A stretch of DNA of 29,993 bases from a virus. Taxonomy: Duplodnaviria; Caudoviricetes. The notes beneath the pieces are model-generated. The model saw only the letters and a list, made by a program, of their open reading frames with translations. It had not been told where the DNA came from and searched no databases. Of this stretch, positions 1 to 9,114 are shown in pieces. The stretch is taken from the IMG/VR virus record IMGVR_UViG_3300022742_000004, positions 1-29,993 of that record. One strand, written 5' to 3'. The position numbers were made by a program, and so were the translations under genes. The first letter of the stretch is position 1; each line of letters starts with the position of its first letter.

Positions 1-755
1 GAAGCAAACTGACCCGCCGTCATGTCGGCGGAGCCGCCGTTCAGCCGGATGGCGTCGGCACCCACAACGTCGATTGCCCGAGCGTCCGGATTTGCCAGGA
101 GCTTCGCCGCGCCGCCTGCCCCCTGCTGGTGGGCAAGATACAGTTCGCCCGGCGTCGGCTCGCGGCCAAGCCGCTGCACAAGATACGCGCGATTGTCCTT
201 CATCAGGCGCGCGGCGGCGTCCGATGCAGCTGCGGGGTCGAACTTGTCGCGCAAACCGTAGTTGCGCGCTGTGCCGTCCAGGAACTGAAACAGGCCACCG
301 GCGGTGGAGTTGGGGTTGCGGGCAAGCGGATTGAACGAGCTTTCGATACCGGCAAACTGGGTCAATGCGTCAGGATCCTGACCATGCCGAATAGCGGCAT
401 CGACGATCATCTTGCGGATTTCCGCCGGCGGAACGCGCACGCGCACCCCGCCCTGAGCGCCCTTCACATGCCCGGCCTGGCCGTTGACACTGGCTGTCGA
501 CACAGCGCCGCCGCCGGTAATCTGCGCACCGGTCGGTGCCCCCGCGAGGGCATCGCGGGCGCCCGCGAGCTTGCCGGCGCGCTCCGCCTCAGCGTCCGCG
601 CGCCGGCCCATATCGTCTGCGATCCGCGCAAGGCCCATAGCGACCTTACGCTCGAGATCACCGCCCGACCGTTCAACGGCAAGCAAACCTTCGGATAGCA
701 GTGGCTGCGCCTCGAAACGACGATACGAAACAGGAGAAAGCTGACGGTTCGCCAT
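1..755 (-). CDS. Internal virion (ejection) protein with lytic transglycosylase (SLT) domain, partial (runs off the window)
   Basis: Not in the ORF track because it has no stop in the window. Manual translation from ATG 755: MANRQLSPVSYRRFE...AAIRHGQDPDALTQFAGIESSFNPLARNPNSTAGGLFQFLDGTARNYGL...LYLAHQQGAGGA. It has the SLT catalytic ES motif and a GLFQ motif. Confidence 0.85.
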   Translation of the reverse strand, partial: MANRQLSPVSYRRFEAQPLLSEGLLAVERSGGDLERKVAMGLARIADDMGRRADAEAERAGKLAGARDALAGAPTGAQITGGGAVSTASVNGQAGHVKGAQGGVRVRVPPAEIRKMIVDAAIRHGQDPDALTQFAGIESSFNPLARNPNSTAGGLFQFLDGTARNYGLRDKFDPAAASDAAARLMKDNRAYLVQRLGREPTPGELYLAHQQGAGGAAKLLANPDARAIDVVGADAIRLNGGSADMTAGQFA

Positions 756-758
756 GGT

Positions 759-1310
759 TCAATACCGCTCCGCAATGCTCGAGAAACCCTTGAGGCCGAT
801 GCCGACGGCGTCGATCGCCGCCGCGCTACGCGCCCGCTTTGCCCGCTTTCGGTAATTGGCCGCACGCTCGTCCAATCTGGCGACACGTGTCTGCTCAGTC
901 CCCACATCAGAGGTCAGCTCGAGATCCGCATTGCGGAACGCGTCCTGTCGCGCCGCGTTCGGCGTCCCGAACGAAAGGTCCACACCGGATGCGGCATAGG
1001 CCACATCCTGCTCGCCGACCTGCGCCATCATTTTCTGCTTGATGCCGGCCCGTCGATTGATGCCCTGGAGCGTCTCGAGAGGTTTCTCGCGCTCGGCATC
1101 CTGAGCCGCAAGCTCATAACCCTCCGCATCTGCCTTTCCCGCATTGAGGGACGACATGATGCCAAAGACGGTTGCCGTCCCTTGGAGCAAAGTTGACAGG
1201 GAAAAGCCACCGGCAGCTGCGGCGCCGGCGCCAGTGGCCGCCGCACCCGCCCCAGCCGCCGCGCCGCCACCCCCAAAGAGTGATCCCATGAAGCCTGCTG
1301 CCAATTCCAT
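759..1310 (-). CDS. Putative internal virion protein (T7 gp14-like position)
   Basis: Start MELAAGF overlaps the upstream stop (TAATG); Gly/Ala-rich N-terminus; YAASGVD motif; lies between tail tube B and the SLT protein. Confidence 0.65.
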   Translation of the reverse strand: MELAAGFMGSLFGGGGAAAGAGAAATGAGAAAAGGFSLSTLLQGTATVFGIMSSLNAGKADAEGYELAAQDAEREKPLETLQGINRRAGIKQKMMAQVGEQDVAYAASGVDLSFGTPNAARQDAFRNADLELTSDVGTEQTRVARLDERAANYRKRAKRARSAAAIDAVGIGLKGFSSIAERY

Positions 1311-3391
1311 TACAATTTCACCCCCGGAATATAGTCGCGCACATTGAGGCGGCCCGGCCGCACCTGGCTGATGACGAGCGTCGGATCCATGCAAGCCCCG
1401 ATAAGACCGGCAATGTTGACGTGGCCCGTGAAATTCTGCTTCGGCTGGGAAAGATCGTCGCTAGAGCGGTTGAGCGGAACGTCGCGCGGCGGCCGGCCGT
1501 TAGCGCCGATCGCAATGCTAGCCGTTCCCCTGAGATAAAGCCGCGCCGACCCCACTTTGCCCGGCCGGCGCACAATGTCATCGTTGGGCAGTACACGCAC
1601 ATAAGGCATGCTCTCATACCAAGGCGCCGCCCACAGGCCGATCTTTGCACCCTTGGATGGAACCCCCGTCTGTATGACACCACCCGCCACGCTGAACGGG
1701 CCGTAGACGTCGTTTTCGATGGTCGCCCAAACCGTCTTGCCGTTCAGAAGGGCCAGCCCTGAAGCCTGCCCCGTGAGATCGGTGGTGATGACAAACGCGT
1801 GCTGGAAGAGGTTATGCTTCTCCTCCTCGAGGATTTCTTCCGAAACAACCCCGTTTCGCTCGACCGTGAGCCATACCTGCCCCTGTCCATCCACAGCCAG
1901 GGCATGCACAAGGCCACCGCCGAACACCGGCCATTCCACGGCCGCCATGATCTCCTGCGTCTTGTTGATCACGCAGCAGACCAGCCGGCCGTCCTCGCGA
2001 ACGATCCAGAGCCGGTCGGAAATCATTTCCGCCGTTTTCTTCTGGACTGCCATCATCTTGATGTTGGTCACGAGATCTTCCGGCCCGCCATTCAGGTCGT
2101 TCTCGGGCGTCGGCTGAAACATTTCGGAGACAGCATCATACGCCGCCGAATAGAGGCGACCGCCATCATCAGACACAAAATAGACGCGCCCCTCGAGCGT
2201 GATGGGCCGGCAGCTTTTCTTACTGCCGATCTCGATCGCACGAACCCAGTTCAACGGCTCGTTCCGCTTCACAGTGCGGTTGCTGGCGAAGTAGACCGCC
2301 TGGTTGGTGAATGCCAGGAGGTACGTTGCGTCGATGATGTGCAGGACAGTCTCGGAACTTTCGGTTCGGAGCGCTTCCAGCCGCCCAGCCGCCTCAGCCT
2401 GGCTTTTGATGCCAAGGTCGAAGTACTCGCCGCTCGCCGACATGGCGATAGCTGCACCCTTCGCCTTGGGACCGGCATAGATCGCGCGGTCCTGAAACAG
2501 CCCCATGACACCGAAACCGCCCCTGGTCGCCGAGATGAGCGGTTCGCCAGCCGTTTTGCCGACCGTCGTGTGTGCCGGCAACGCCGAGGCACTGGTCGTA
2601 TCGAGGACCGACGCGTTGAAATCATATTCGGAGCCGGTCAACGACCCACCGAAGGTCACGTTAAACGCCTGAAAGAGCGATCCGGATGCCCCGAGCGTTA
2701 CGCTCACGCCACTCGCAAATCCCGGTAAATCCGCGATAGCCGCCGCCGCTGCTGCTGGAAATGCGGCCCAATTGGATAGGAACACCTCGATCGCGTCGGT
2801 GGTATTGCCATCGATGGTGATGGAAAGCTGAATGGAAGTCGGGCCGCTCGACCATCGGACATACACGGTCCAAACATCGCTGGTCTTGACATACGAGCCA
2901 CCGAGATCGACTTCAGGCAACTGGCCGAAGGGCCAGGCAGCCACGGCCCACTGCGTATCGTCAGCCGCGTTACGGAAAAGGCGAATTCCTTGCCAGATAT
3001 CCGGATGAAAAATGCCAAAAGTGTTCGCCTCGCCATAGAAGGAAAGCTCGGGAACCTTAATATCGGTGATCTGCCCCAGAAGACCACCGGTCAGCGTCGC
3101 CACCTTCACCCGATCATTCCGGTAAATCTCGACCACGCCTGGCGAGACGACGAGCGTGTATGAAAGCCATTTGTCGACCTTGAGTACCGCCTTGTTGCAG
3201 ACGCTGGAAACTCCCGAACCTACAAAGGCTGAGCCCGGCAGCAGCTGAAAGCCGGATTGCGGGATTGGCTCGACACCCCGCATAAGCTTGGCGCCGGAAT
3301 AGTACTGCTTGAGGTTGACCTTGCCGAGAAGACTTTGCGCCAACTGGCCGGCGTTGACGCTGCTCTTGAGCTGCCCTGAAACACGCGCCAT
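1310..3391 (-). CDS. Tail tubular protein B / nozzle (T7 gp12-like)
   Basis: ~693 aa, beta-rich, N-terminal SSVNAGQL motif, FQDR motif; directly follows the tube A gene. Confidence 0.8.
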   Translation of the reverse strand: MARVSGQLKSSVNAGQLAQSLLGKVNLKQYYSGAKLMRGVEPIPQSGFQLLPGSAFVGSGVSSVCNKAVLKVDKWLSYTLVVSPGVVEIYRNDRVKVATLTGGLLGQITDIKVPELSFYGEANTFGIFHPDIWQGIRLFRNAADDTQWAVAAWPFGQLPEVDLGGSYVKTSDVWTVYVRWSSGPTSIQLSITIDGNTTDAIEVFLSNWAAFPAAAAAAIADLPGFASGVSVTLGASGSLFQAFNVTFGGSLTGSEYDFNASVLDTTSASALPAHTTVGKTAGEPLISATRGGFGVMGLFQDRAIYAGPKAKGAAIAMSASGEYFDLGIKSQAEAAGRLEALRTESSETVLHIIDATYLLAFTNQAVYFASNRTVKRNEPLNWVRAIEIGSKKSCRPITLEGRVYFVSDDGGRLYSAAYDAVSEMFQPTPENDLNGGPEDLVTNIKMMAVQKKTAEMISDRLWIVREDGRLVCCVINKTQEIMAAVEWPVFGGGLVHALAVDGQGQVWLTVERNGVVSEEILEEEKHNLFQHAFVITTDLTGQASGLALLNGKTVWATIENDVYGPFSVAGGVIQTGVPSKGAKIGLWAAPWYESMPYVRVLPNDDIVRRPGKVGSARLYLRGTASIAIGANGRPPRDVPLNRSSDDLSQPKQNFTGHVNIAGLIGACMDPTLVISQVRPGRLNVRDYIPGVKL

Positions 3392-3393
3392 GG

Positions 3394-4050
3394 TCAGAGC
3401 CTCCCGTACCAAGGCCCGGACAGCGGCCCAGCACCGGAGATCCGCGCATCGGTCAACGGATCCTCGTTTGCGATGCCGCTTCCCTTCGGCCGTGAGGCGC
3501 TGTCCTGCGCCATCAGACGCCCGAACAAACCGCCGGTGCCCTCGCGCGAGGGCGTGCCGAAGGCCTCGACGAGCTTGTCAGCACGCATGTCCGCGTCCTG
3601 CCACACTGGCACAGCGAGATAGCCACCGAGCGCGACCACGAACGCGCCTCGGAACTCCGGCGGCCAGGTATCCGGATTGACGGCAACCTTGACCTGGGAC
3701 CAAGTGTCGGTTTCATCGCAGAAGAGTTTCCCCTCCTCGATGGTAAACTCACGCAACGGCCGGCGCGATCGCGGATCGCTCATGTTGAGGAGAGGGTTGC
3801 CGATCCGGTTACCGGGCAGATCGAACCCGTAGCTATAGCCGTTCTCGGGCATATCGGCGTGGCGTGTGTTTTTGTAGGTCTTGAGGGAGAAGCTCCAGTC
3901 GTGCATGCCGAACACACGATCGACGACGGGCTGCCATGTGTTTTCGATCTGCTCGGCGAGCTCGCTGTCGTCATCGACGGAGAACATGGGCCCGGCGCCT
4001 ATATCCGTCAGTGCCCAGTTGATGATCGTCGCCTTGTCGATCGTCGACAT
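3394..4050 (-). CDS. Tail tubular protein A / adaptor (T7 gp11-like)
   Basis: Start MSTIDKATIINWALTDIG; HDWSF and Y.Y.F.LP motifs; WPPEF..A...L near the C-terminus. Confidence 0.8.
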   Translation of the reverse strand: MSTIDKATIINWALTDIGAGPMFSVDDDSELAEQIENTWQPVVDRVFGMHDWSFSLKTYKNTRHADMPENGYSYGFDLPGNRIGNPLLNMSDPRSRRPLREFTIEEGKLFCDETDTWSQVKVAVNPDTWPPEFRGAFVVALGGYLAVPVWQDADMRADKLVEAFGTPSREGTGGLFGRLMAQDSASRPKGSGIANEDPLTDARISGAGPLSGPWYGRL

Positions 4051-4065
4051 GCCGGAACCCGCCCC

Positions 4066-4103
4066 AAAAAAGAAAACCGCGGCCAGCAGGTTACTGGCCA
4101 CGG
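4066..4103 (-). terminator. Intrinsic terminator after the capsid and accessory head genes
   Basis: Minus strand CCGTGGCCAGTA-ACC-TGCTGGCCGCGG (with G-U pairs) followed by TTTTCTTTTTT. Confidence 0.8.
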
Positions 4104-4119
4104 CATCGCGTTGACTGCG
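4088..4119 (-). promoter_or_regulatory. Putative late promoter for the tail genes
   Basis: CGCAGTCAAC-N16-TAACCT on the minus strand; same architecture as three other sites. Confidence 0.6.
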
Positions 4120-4131
4120 AAGCAGCGGGGA

Positions 4132-4410
4132 TCAGGCGCCGGCGGCGTCGCCGTCATAGGCAACCGTGACGTTGCCGCTGGCCGGAACGGCCGTGAAGCG
4201 GAACGAAATGCGGTCGATCGTGCCATCGACGTCGATGATGGCGTCGACGCAGTCGCCAACCTTGACCGTGTCGCGGGCGTTGTTGAAGTAGCCGGCGGCG
4301 ACGACTTCGGCCGCGGTGTCGTTGGTGGCGTAGTTGTACCAGGAGACCTGCCGGTTGCTCGGCAGGGTGACAGTGTTGTAGCGCTTGAGCGCCCGGATTT
4401 CCAAAGCCAT
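4132..4410 (-). CDS. Small virion protein, probable head decoration/cement protein
   Basis: 92 aa directly after the capsid gene; D..A.V..AGYFN motif; GGAGG RBS. Confidence 0.6.
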   Translation of the reverse strand: MALEIRALKRYNTVTLPSNRQVSWYNYATNDTAAEVVAAGYFNNARDTVKVGDCVDAIIDVDGTIDRISFRFTAVPASGNVTVAYDGDAAGA

Positions 4411-4475
4411 GACGGCCTCCCTTGGTGGTTAGGACGAGGAGGCCGGGCGTTCCCGCCCGACCGGCCGTTTCGAGG

Positions 4476-5411
4476 TCAGGCGATGCGCTCCGCGGTCTTG
4501 ATCGCCAGCTTGCGGACGCGTTTGACGCCTTCCGGCAGAATGCCGACGGCCGCACCGGACAGCTGCACCTTGCAGAGGTTCGGCGTGCCTTCCATCTCCG
4601 GAAGCGGGTCGATCGTCATGTTCTCCTGGTCCCACTCGATCTCGCAGCCGACCGCGCTTTCCGTCCAGGCGAAGGTATCGAGATAACCGGTGCCCGTGAA
4701 ACCGGGCGTTCCGAGCTGGTATGCACCCGTGCCGTAGATGAAATGCTCGTCGGGAATGCCCAGGATGTGGACGTTGCGGAACGTCTTCTTGCTGATGCGC
4801 CCGTTGCTGGCGAACGGCAGATCCTTGTTGCCCTGGTAGTCGGCGCTAGCAAACTCCTTGTACATCAGGAGCTGCGAGAACCAGACATGCGGGATAGGCC
4901 AATAAGCTTCTTCGTCGGCGCCCGCACCGGCTATCGCATCCGAGACGTTGATCGCGTCGAGGATGTCGACCTTCTCGGTCCCGACGCCGATCGTCTCGAC
5001 TGTCTTGGGATTGTCGGTCAGCGACGACGTGCCGGTGGCGAAGGCATTGAGCGCGTCGAGCTTCATCCGGTCGCGTTTGCGGCGCACGGCCTTCGCCATC
5101 TCTTTGGCCAGCGCCGCCTGCTGGCTCGGCCCCATCTTGCGGACATCCTGCGAGCGGAAGGTCGTCGCCGCCTCGAAATCGTCGGTCAGCAGCGTGACCA
5201 TATCGAGGTTGATGTCGGACAGCTTGACCTTCTGGATCGCGCCGGAAAGCTTGTACATCTCGATCCGGCCGCCGACGACCGGGAACTTGACCGTTCCCGC
5301 ACCGCCCTCGCCGCGCATCATCGTGCCGTCGAGGTGTCCACCTTCCGAGCTATAGCGCGTGCGGACCTGGTCGCGGATCTTCTCAGTAAACCAATTCGGA
5401 ATTCCAGGCAT
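4476..5411 (-). CDS. Major capsid protein
   Basis: 311 aa after the scaffold gene; G.TVKFP.VG and A..R..D motifs typical of T7-like HK97-fold capsids; C-terminal GAAVGILPEGV. Confidence 0.85.
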   Translation of the reverse strand: MPGIPNWFTEKIRDQVRTRYSSEGGHLDGTMMRGEGGAGTVKFPVVGGRIEMYKLSGAIQKVKLSDINLDMVTLLTDDFEAATTFRSQDVRKMGPSQQAALAKEMAKAVRRKRDRMKLDALNAFATGTSSLTDNPKTVETIGVGTEKVDILDAINVSDAIAGAGADEEAYWPIPHVWFSQLLMYKEFASADYQGNKDLPFASNGRISKKTFRNVHILGIPDEHFIYGTGAYQLGTPGFTGTGYLDTFAWTESAVGCEIEWDQENMTIDPLPEMEGTPNLCKVQLSGAAVGILPEGVKRVRKLAIKTAERIA

Positions 5412-5533
5412 AAGAGCCCCCTGTCAAAGTGATGGACGAAATCACCGTGAGGGCCGATTAGCCGGAGCTGCAGCAGGTCCTGTGAAGGATAGCCACTGCG
5501 TCGTCCAGGTCGCTCCCGTCCGGTAGCGCAACG

Positions 5534-5567
5534 AATGTGCCACCGGGCGGGTGTCGTTCAGTGTGGG
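5534..5567 (-). promoter_or_regulatory. Putative late promoter for the capsid gene
   Basis: CCCACACTGAAC-N16-CACATT immediately after the scaffold stop codon. Confidence 0.6.
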
Positions 5568-6497
5568 TCAGTCCGGGATCTGGCGGGCATAGTCCGCCTG
5601 CAGCTGGTCGTAGCTCTTCTGGTCAAACTTCGCATGGCCCCACGTGTTCTCGGGAAGCGCTGCGCGACGGGCCAGTTCCTTGCGCGGATCGTTCCCGCCC
5701 GGCGCCGGGCTTTCCATACGCGGACCCGTGCCGCCGGCACCGCCGCCGGTCGCCGAACGCAGCCATTCGAAGAAGCGATGCCCCTTGGCGCTGTCGCCCA
5801 GCATCGCTTTGGCGAACTCCGCGTCATCCTTGGACAGGCCGCCGCCTTCGGCGCCCCGGGCGACCATGGCGTCGAGGAAGGCATAGTTATCGTTCATGCG
5901 CTTTTCGACGGCCTGTTGCTGCTCGGCCGGCGAGAGATGGCGGGAAGCCTCCGGAACGAGCGCCGCGCGCTCCGCCTTCTCGTCGACCACAGGCTCGAGG
6001 AGCCCCATCTCGGCAGATACCGACATGAACTCGTGCACCAGGGCCTGGTACTGAGGCACTGAAACCTTGAGCTCGAGCGCCTTGTCGGACACGCGACTGA
6101 ACAACGGATCCTTGGTCAACGTCTCGAGGTGCGGCTTCACCGTCTCGGAGACCTCGCCCTTGAACTCCGCATAGGCGTCGGGCGTTTCCGGGATCTCGTT
6201 GTTCGTGTCGCGCTCGCGGTAGCCCTTCAGGGCGGTGACGAGCTTGTCCATCGTCTCATTCTGATCTTTGCCGACAAGATGGTCTGGCAGATCCTTCGGA
6301 CGGTAGAAGTCTCCGGCGGGCGGGTTGCCGGCGCCCGCCGGAGGATCCCCTGCCGATGGAGACGGCGGGGCATCGCCGCCGGCGGGACCAGGCGCCGGCG
6401 GATCAGCTGCGCCGGCAGCGGGAGCCGCGGCCGCGGAAGCCGCGCCACCGCCGCCCTCGGGCGCGTTGAAAACGATCTTGGACAAAAGGCTTTTCAT
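5568..6497 (-). CDS. Capsid assembly scaffolding protein
   Basis: Start MKSLLSKIVFNAPEGG with GGAG RBS; Pro/Ala/Gly-rich N-terminus, PETPDAY motif, helical body; lies between portal and capsid. Confidence 0.75.
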   Translation of the reverse strand: MKSLLSKIVFNAPEGGGGAASAAAAPAAGAADPPAPGPAGGDAPPSPSAGDPPAGAGNPPAGDFYRPKDLPDHLVGKDQNETMDKLVTALKGYRERDTNNEIPETPDAYAEFKGEVSETVKPHLETLTKDPLFSRVSDKALELKVSVPQYQALVHEFMSVSAEMGLLEPVVDEKAERAALVPEASRHLSPAEQQQAVEKRMNDNYAFLDAMVARGAEGGGLSKDDAEFAKAMLGDSAKGHRFFEWLRSATGGGAGGTGPRMESPAPGGNDPRKELARRAALPENTWGHAKFDQKSYDQLQADYARQIPD

Positions 6498-6516
6498 GAC
6501 CAGCTCCATTCTGGGT

Positions 6517-6885
6517 TCAGGATTTCTGCCGCGCTTCTCTGACCTGCTTTTCGCCATGCGCGATCGCGGCAAGCACCGCCTCGGCGAAACCGTTGATGCC
6601 CTGCCTGGTGGCGGCCGCCAGTGCCGTCTGCTCGATGGTCGCCCCGACCGCCCGGAACGGCTGTCGAATGGAGATATCCATCATCCATTCGAACATCGCC
6701 TTGCCCTCGGGCGTGTTCGCGAGCCCCCACATGAAGCGGGCGATATCGTCGCCGGGCTGCAAGGGCGCGTCCTGTAGGATTGGCTTGAACAGTTCCTCGA
6801 GGCTGTCCCAACCGCCGCCGGCGACGCTCTTTTCGAGCAGGTCGAAGGGCTGCGCGGCGCGCGCCGGCACAAAGGGTCCGGCCAT
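6517..6885 (-). CDS. Conserved phage head-module protein (Bbp19-like)
   Basis: 122 aa between portal and scaffold; TPEGKAMFEWM and RQG motifs. Confidence 0.6.
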   Translation of the reverse strand: MAGPFVPARAAQPFDLLEKSVAGGGWDSLEELFKPILQDAPLQPGDDIARFMWGLANTPEGKAMFEWMMDISIRQPFRAVGATIEQTALAAATRQGINGFAEAVLAAIAHGEKQVREARQKS

Positions 6886-8505
6886 TTATGCAGCCCTCCG
6901 AATGTCGGCGACGGCGATATCCTTGATGGCGCCGGGCGCCTGCTTGGCCATCTCAGCCATCATCGCGGCCTGCAGCTGTTTCTGCCTGGCCTCCTCGATG
7001 TCGGCGATGATCTTCTTGCGATCGTCGCCCTGCGGGATCAGATCCTTCTCGATCTGGAAGCCGTCGGCGATCTTGTCGATTGTCTTGTCGCGATCGAGGT
7101 AGGCCGGTGCCATCTCGGGACCGGCGAAGGCCTGTATCATGTCCCAATAATTGGCGATCGCGGCGATGCGGTCGGCATTGAGTGCCGCCTGCATTGGCGA
7201 TCGCACCTTGACCGAAACCAGCAGATCGTCGATCTGCTGCATCTGCGGCATCATGCCGAATTCGAACAGGATCTCGGCGGCGCGCGGCACGACCACCGGC
7301 ATGATCTCATTCACCAGGCGCCCGAACGCGCCGATGTGAATGTTCGCGCGCTGCTGGAGGCGAGCGGCCATCTCCCCGGCCGAGCGCGGCGTGCCCTCAT
7401 AATCAGGCAGACGCGTATCGAACATGGCGTTCTTCACCTGCGTCTGGAGGTCGCCCATCAGCATCTGCGCGACATTGAGATTGCCGCTGGCGGGATCAAG
7501 CCGCTGCACATCCGGCCCGAGCATCCCGCCGGTCGACTGCATCGACCAGAATTCGCCAGGCGCCAGGCGCACGGTGTTCGGGTTGAACGTGCCGCCGGCG
7601 CGATAGCCCCAGATGCCGAGCATCGAGATTGCGGCACTCTTCAGCGCCAGTTCCTGCGCCTTGTTCAACGTCTTGATCGTCGGAAGCGCCGTCAGAACCA
7701 CGCCGCGCCCATACGCTTCACCAGGGACGCGATAGTAGCGCGGCACGGCGATCGGCTGCGTCCGATAGCGCTCATGCGAGATCAGGCCAGTCTCGTTCTG
7801 CAGGCGCACCCCGAAATGCCAACCAGCCCCCTCGCGGCCGTCTTTCCACCATGTCTGGTGAACGACAACCGCTTCAGATGGCTTGTTCTTGGCCTTTTCC
7901 TTGAAGCCGTCGGTGTACCGCCCATTCGGCCAGGCCTCGATGATCTGCCCGGCCTGCAACTCCTGTTTCCAGTCGACGAACGTCACGCGCCCGTAGCCGT
8001 CGACGTCGATCGCGAGTTGGTCGAAAGGCAGGCAGCAGAACATGATGGGGTTGTTCGGCGTACCCTTCACGGGCAACAGCGCGCCGGTCCCGACGGCGAG
8101 ATCCACGCACATTTCGTGGATCGCGGTATCCCAGTCGCCGGCGAGAAAGAACGGATGGATCAAGCTCGAGGTCCGCGACAACTCGACATCGAAGGCCTTT
8201 CGCTGCGCCGTGTCGAGAAGCATGGCCGCGATCGGCCCCGTTTCCATCTCGAATGTCGATTGGCCCGCCGGAAAGAGATCGCGCTGCAGGTTGCCGGCGA
8301 AGTACATGGCCGACATGGGCGCGGTCATGTCGAAAAGCTTGTCGGGCTGGCGGGGCCGCCCGTTCACGCCGCCGGCGGGGCGCCGCATCGGCAGGGCGTA
8401 ATCATAGGCTTCCTGGTAGATGGCGCTCCATCCGGAGCGGGCACCCCAGGTGTCATCGGTCCGCCGTTTCAACCTGGCGACGTCGACGTTGAAATCACCG
8501 TCCAT
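6886..8505 (-). CDS. Portal / head-tail connector protein (T7 gp8 / Bbp21-like)
   Basis: 539 aa; DL...GTG, RY...PGE.YGRG...ALP.IK.LN and R.A.E...R motifs. Confidence 0.92.
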   Translation of the reverse strand: MDGDFNVDVARLKRRTDDTWGARSGWSAIYQEAYDYALPMRRPAGGVNGRPRQPDKLFDMTAPMSAMYFAGNLQRDLFPAGQSTFEMETGPIAAMLLDTAQRKAFDVELSRTSSLIHPFFLAGDWDTAIHEMCVDLAVGTGALLPVKGTPNNPIMFCCLPFDQLAIDVDGYGRVTFVDWKQELQAGQIIEAWPNGRYTDGFKEKAKNKPSEAVVVHQTWWKDGREGAGWHFGVRLQNETGLISHERYRTQPIAVPRYYRVPGEAYGRGVVLTALPTIKTLNKAQELALKSAAISMLGIWGYRAGGTFNPNTVRLAPGEFWSMQSTGGMLGPDVQRLDPASGNLNVAQMLMGDLQTQVKNAMFDTRLPDYEGTPRSAGEMAARLQQRANIHIGAFGRLVNEIMPVVVPRAAEILFEFGMMPQMQQIDDLLVSVKVRSPMQAALNADRIAAIANYWDMIQAFAGPEMAPAYLDRDKTIDKIADGFQIEKDLIPQGDDRKKIIADIEEARQKQLQAAMMAEMAKQAPGAIKDIAVADIRRAA

Positions 8506-8723
8506 CAGGCCAGCACCGAGCTTGCCGTGTCCGGACCATCCTCAAAAAGACGGCGGCCCCGCGGCGCCCGACGGGTCGCACCGATCGCCTGTGTGTTGCG
8601 GTTCGCTTCCGCCAATTGGCGATCGTTCGCCACCTGCTGCAGCTGGCGGCTCTTCTCCGCTTCGGCTTTCGCGGCCCCATTGTCCCCGCCACCGCCGAAC
8701 AGACCCTTGACAATGTTGCCCAT
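8505..8723 (-). CDS. Small virion assembly protein (T7 gp7.3-like position)
   Basis: MGNIVKGLFGGGG..., 72 aa, GAGGG RBS; stop overlaps the portal ATG (TGATG). Confidence 0.65.
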   Translation of the reverse strand: MGNIVKGLFGGGGDNGAAKAEAEKSRQLQQVANDRQLAEANRNTQAIGATRRAPRGRRLFEDGPDTASSVLA

Positions 8724-9114
8724 CGATTTTCCCTCTGAAGCTCCAGACCGTGTCGCCGCGCGGCTCAAAACCACAGAGGCGAGCCATGCGCTCACCAGAT
8801 CGGTTGCCGGGCGTGACGTGGCAGTTCACCACGACGCCATTCTCTGCGAGGCCTGTCAGGGTTGACTGCGCAAAGCGGCAGAGCTGGCGCATGTACGGGC
8901 GGGCCGCCGTCCGGATCGAGAGGCAGAACTCCCGCGACCCGTCATCGCGAGGCACGAGGTATGAGACCGCTAGCAGCTCCTCGCCGGCATGGAACGAGAT
9001 CGTTTCGCCGTTCGACCGCTGCCAGATTGCGGCCTTGCGCGCGAGCGCCCGCCCGCCCGCGCACGTGAGGCAGTCGCTCCAGTCCGCCGGCGTCTTGAAC
9101 GTCAAACGTCCCAT
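8542..9114 (-). CDS. GNAT-fold acetyltransferase-like phage protein
   Basis: V...N....RMARLCGF motif resembles the GNAT C-terminal motif; start overlaps the end of terL; the C-terminal ~60 codons overlap the next gene. Confidence 0.55.
   Translation of the reverse strand: MGRLTFKTPADWSDCLTCAGGRALARKAAIWQRSNGETISFHAGEELLAVSYLVPRDDGSREFCLSIRTAARPYMRQLCRFAQSTLTGLAENGVVVNCHVTPGNRSGERMARLCGFEPRGDTVWSFRGKIDGQHCQGSVRRWRGQWGRESRSGEEPPAAAGGERSPIGGSEPQHTGDRCDPSGAAGPPSF
8839..8870 (-). promoter_or_regulatory. Putative late promoter for the portal operon, inside the GNAT-like gene
   Basis: CGCAGTCAAC-N16-GAGAAT, about 115 bp upstream of ATG 8723. Confidence 0.45.

Noticed and set aside
6093-6102. Extra GCGACTGAAC matches to the late box (also near 18044)
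   Set aside because: Inside coding regions and on the strand opposite to the genes; treated as chance matches
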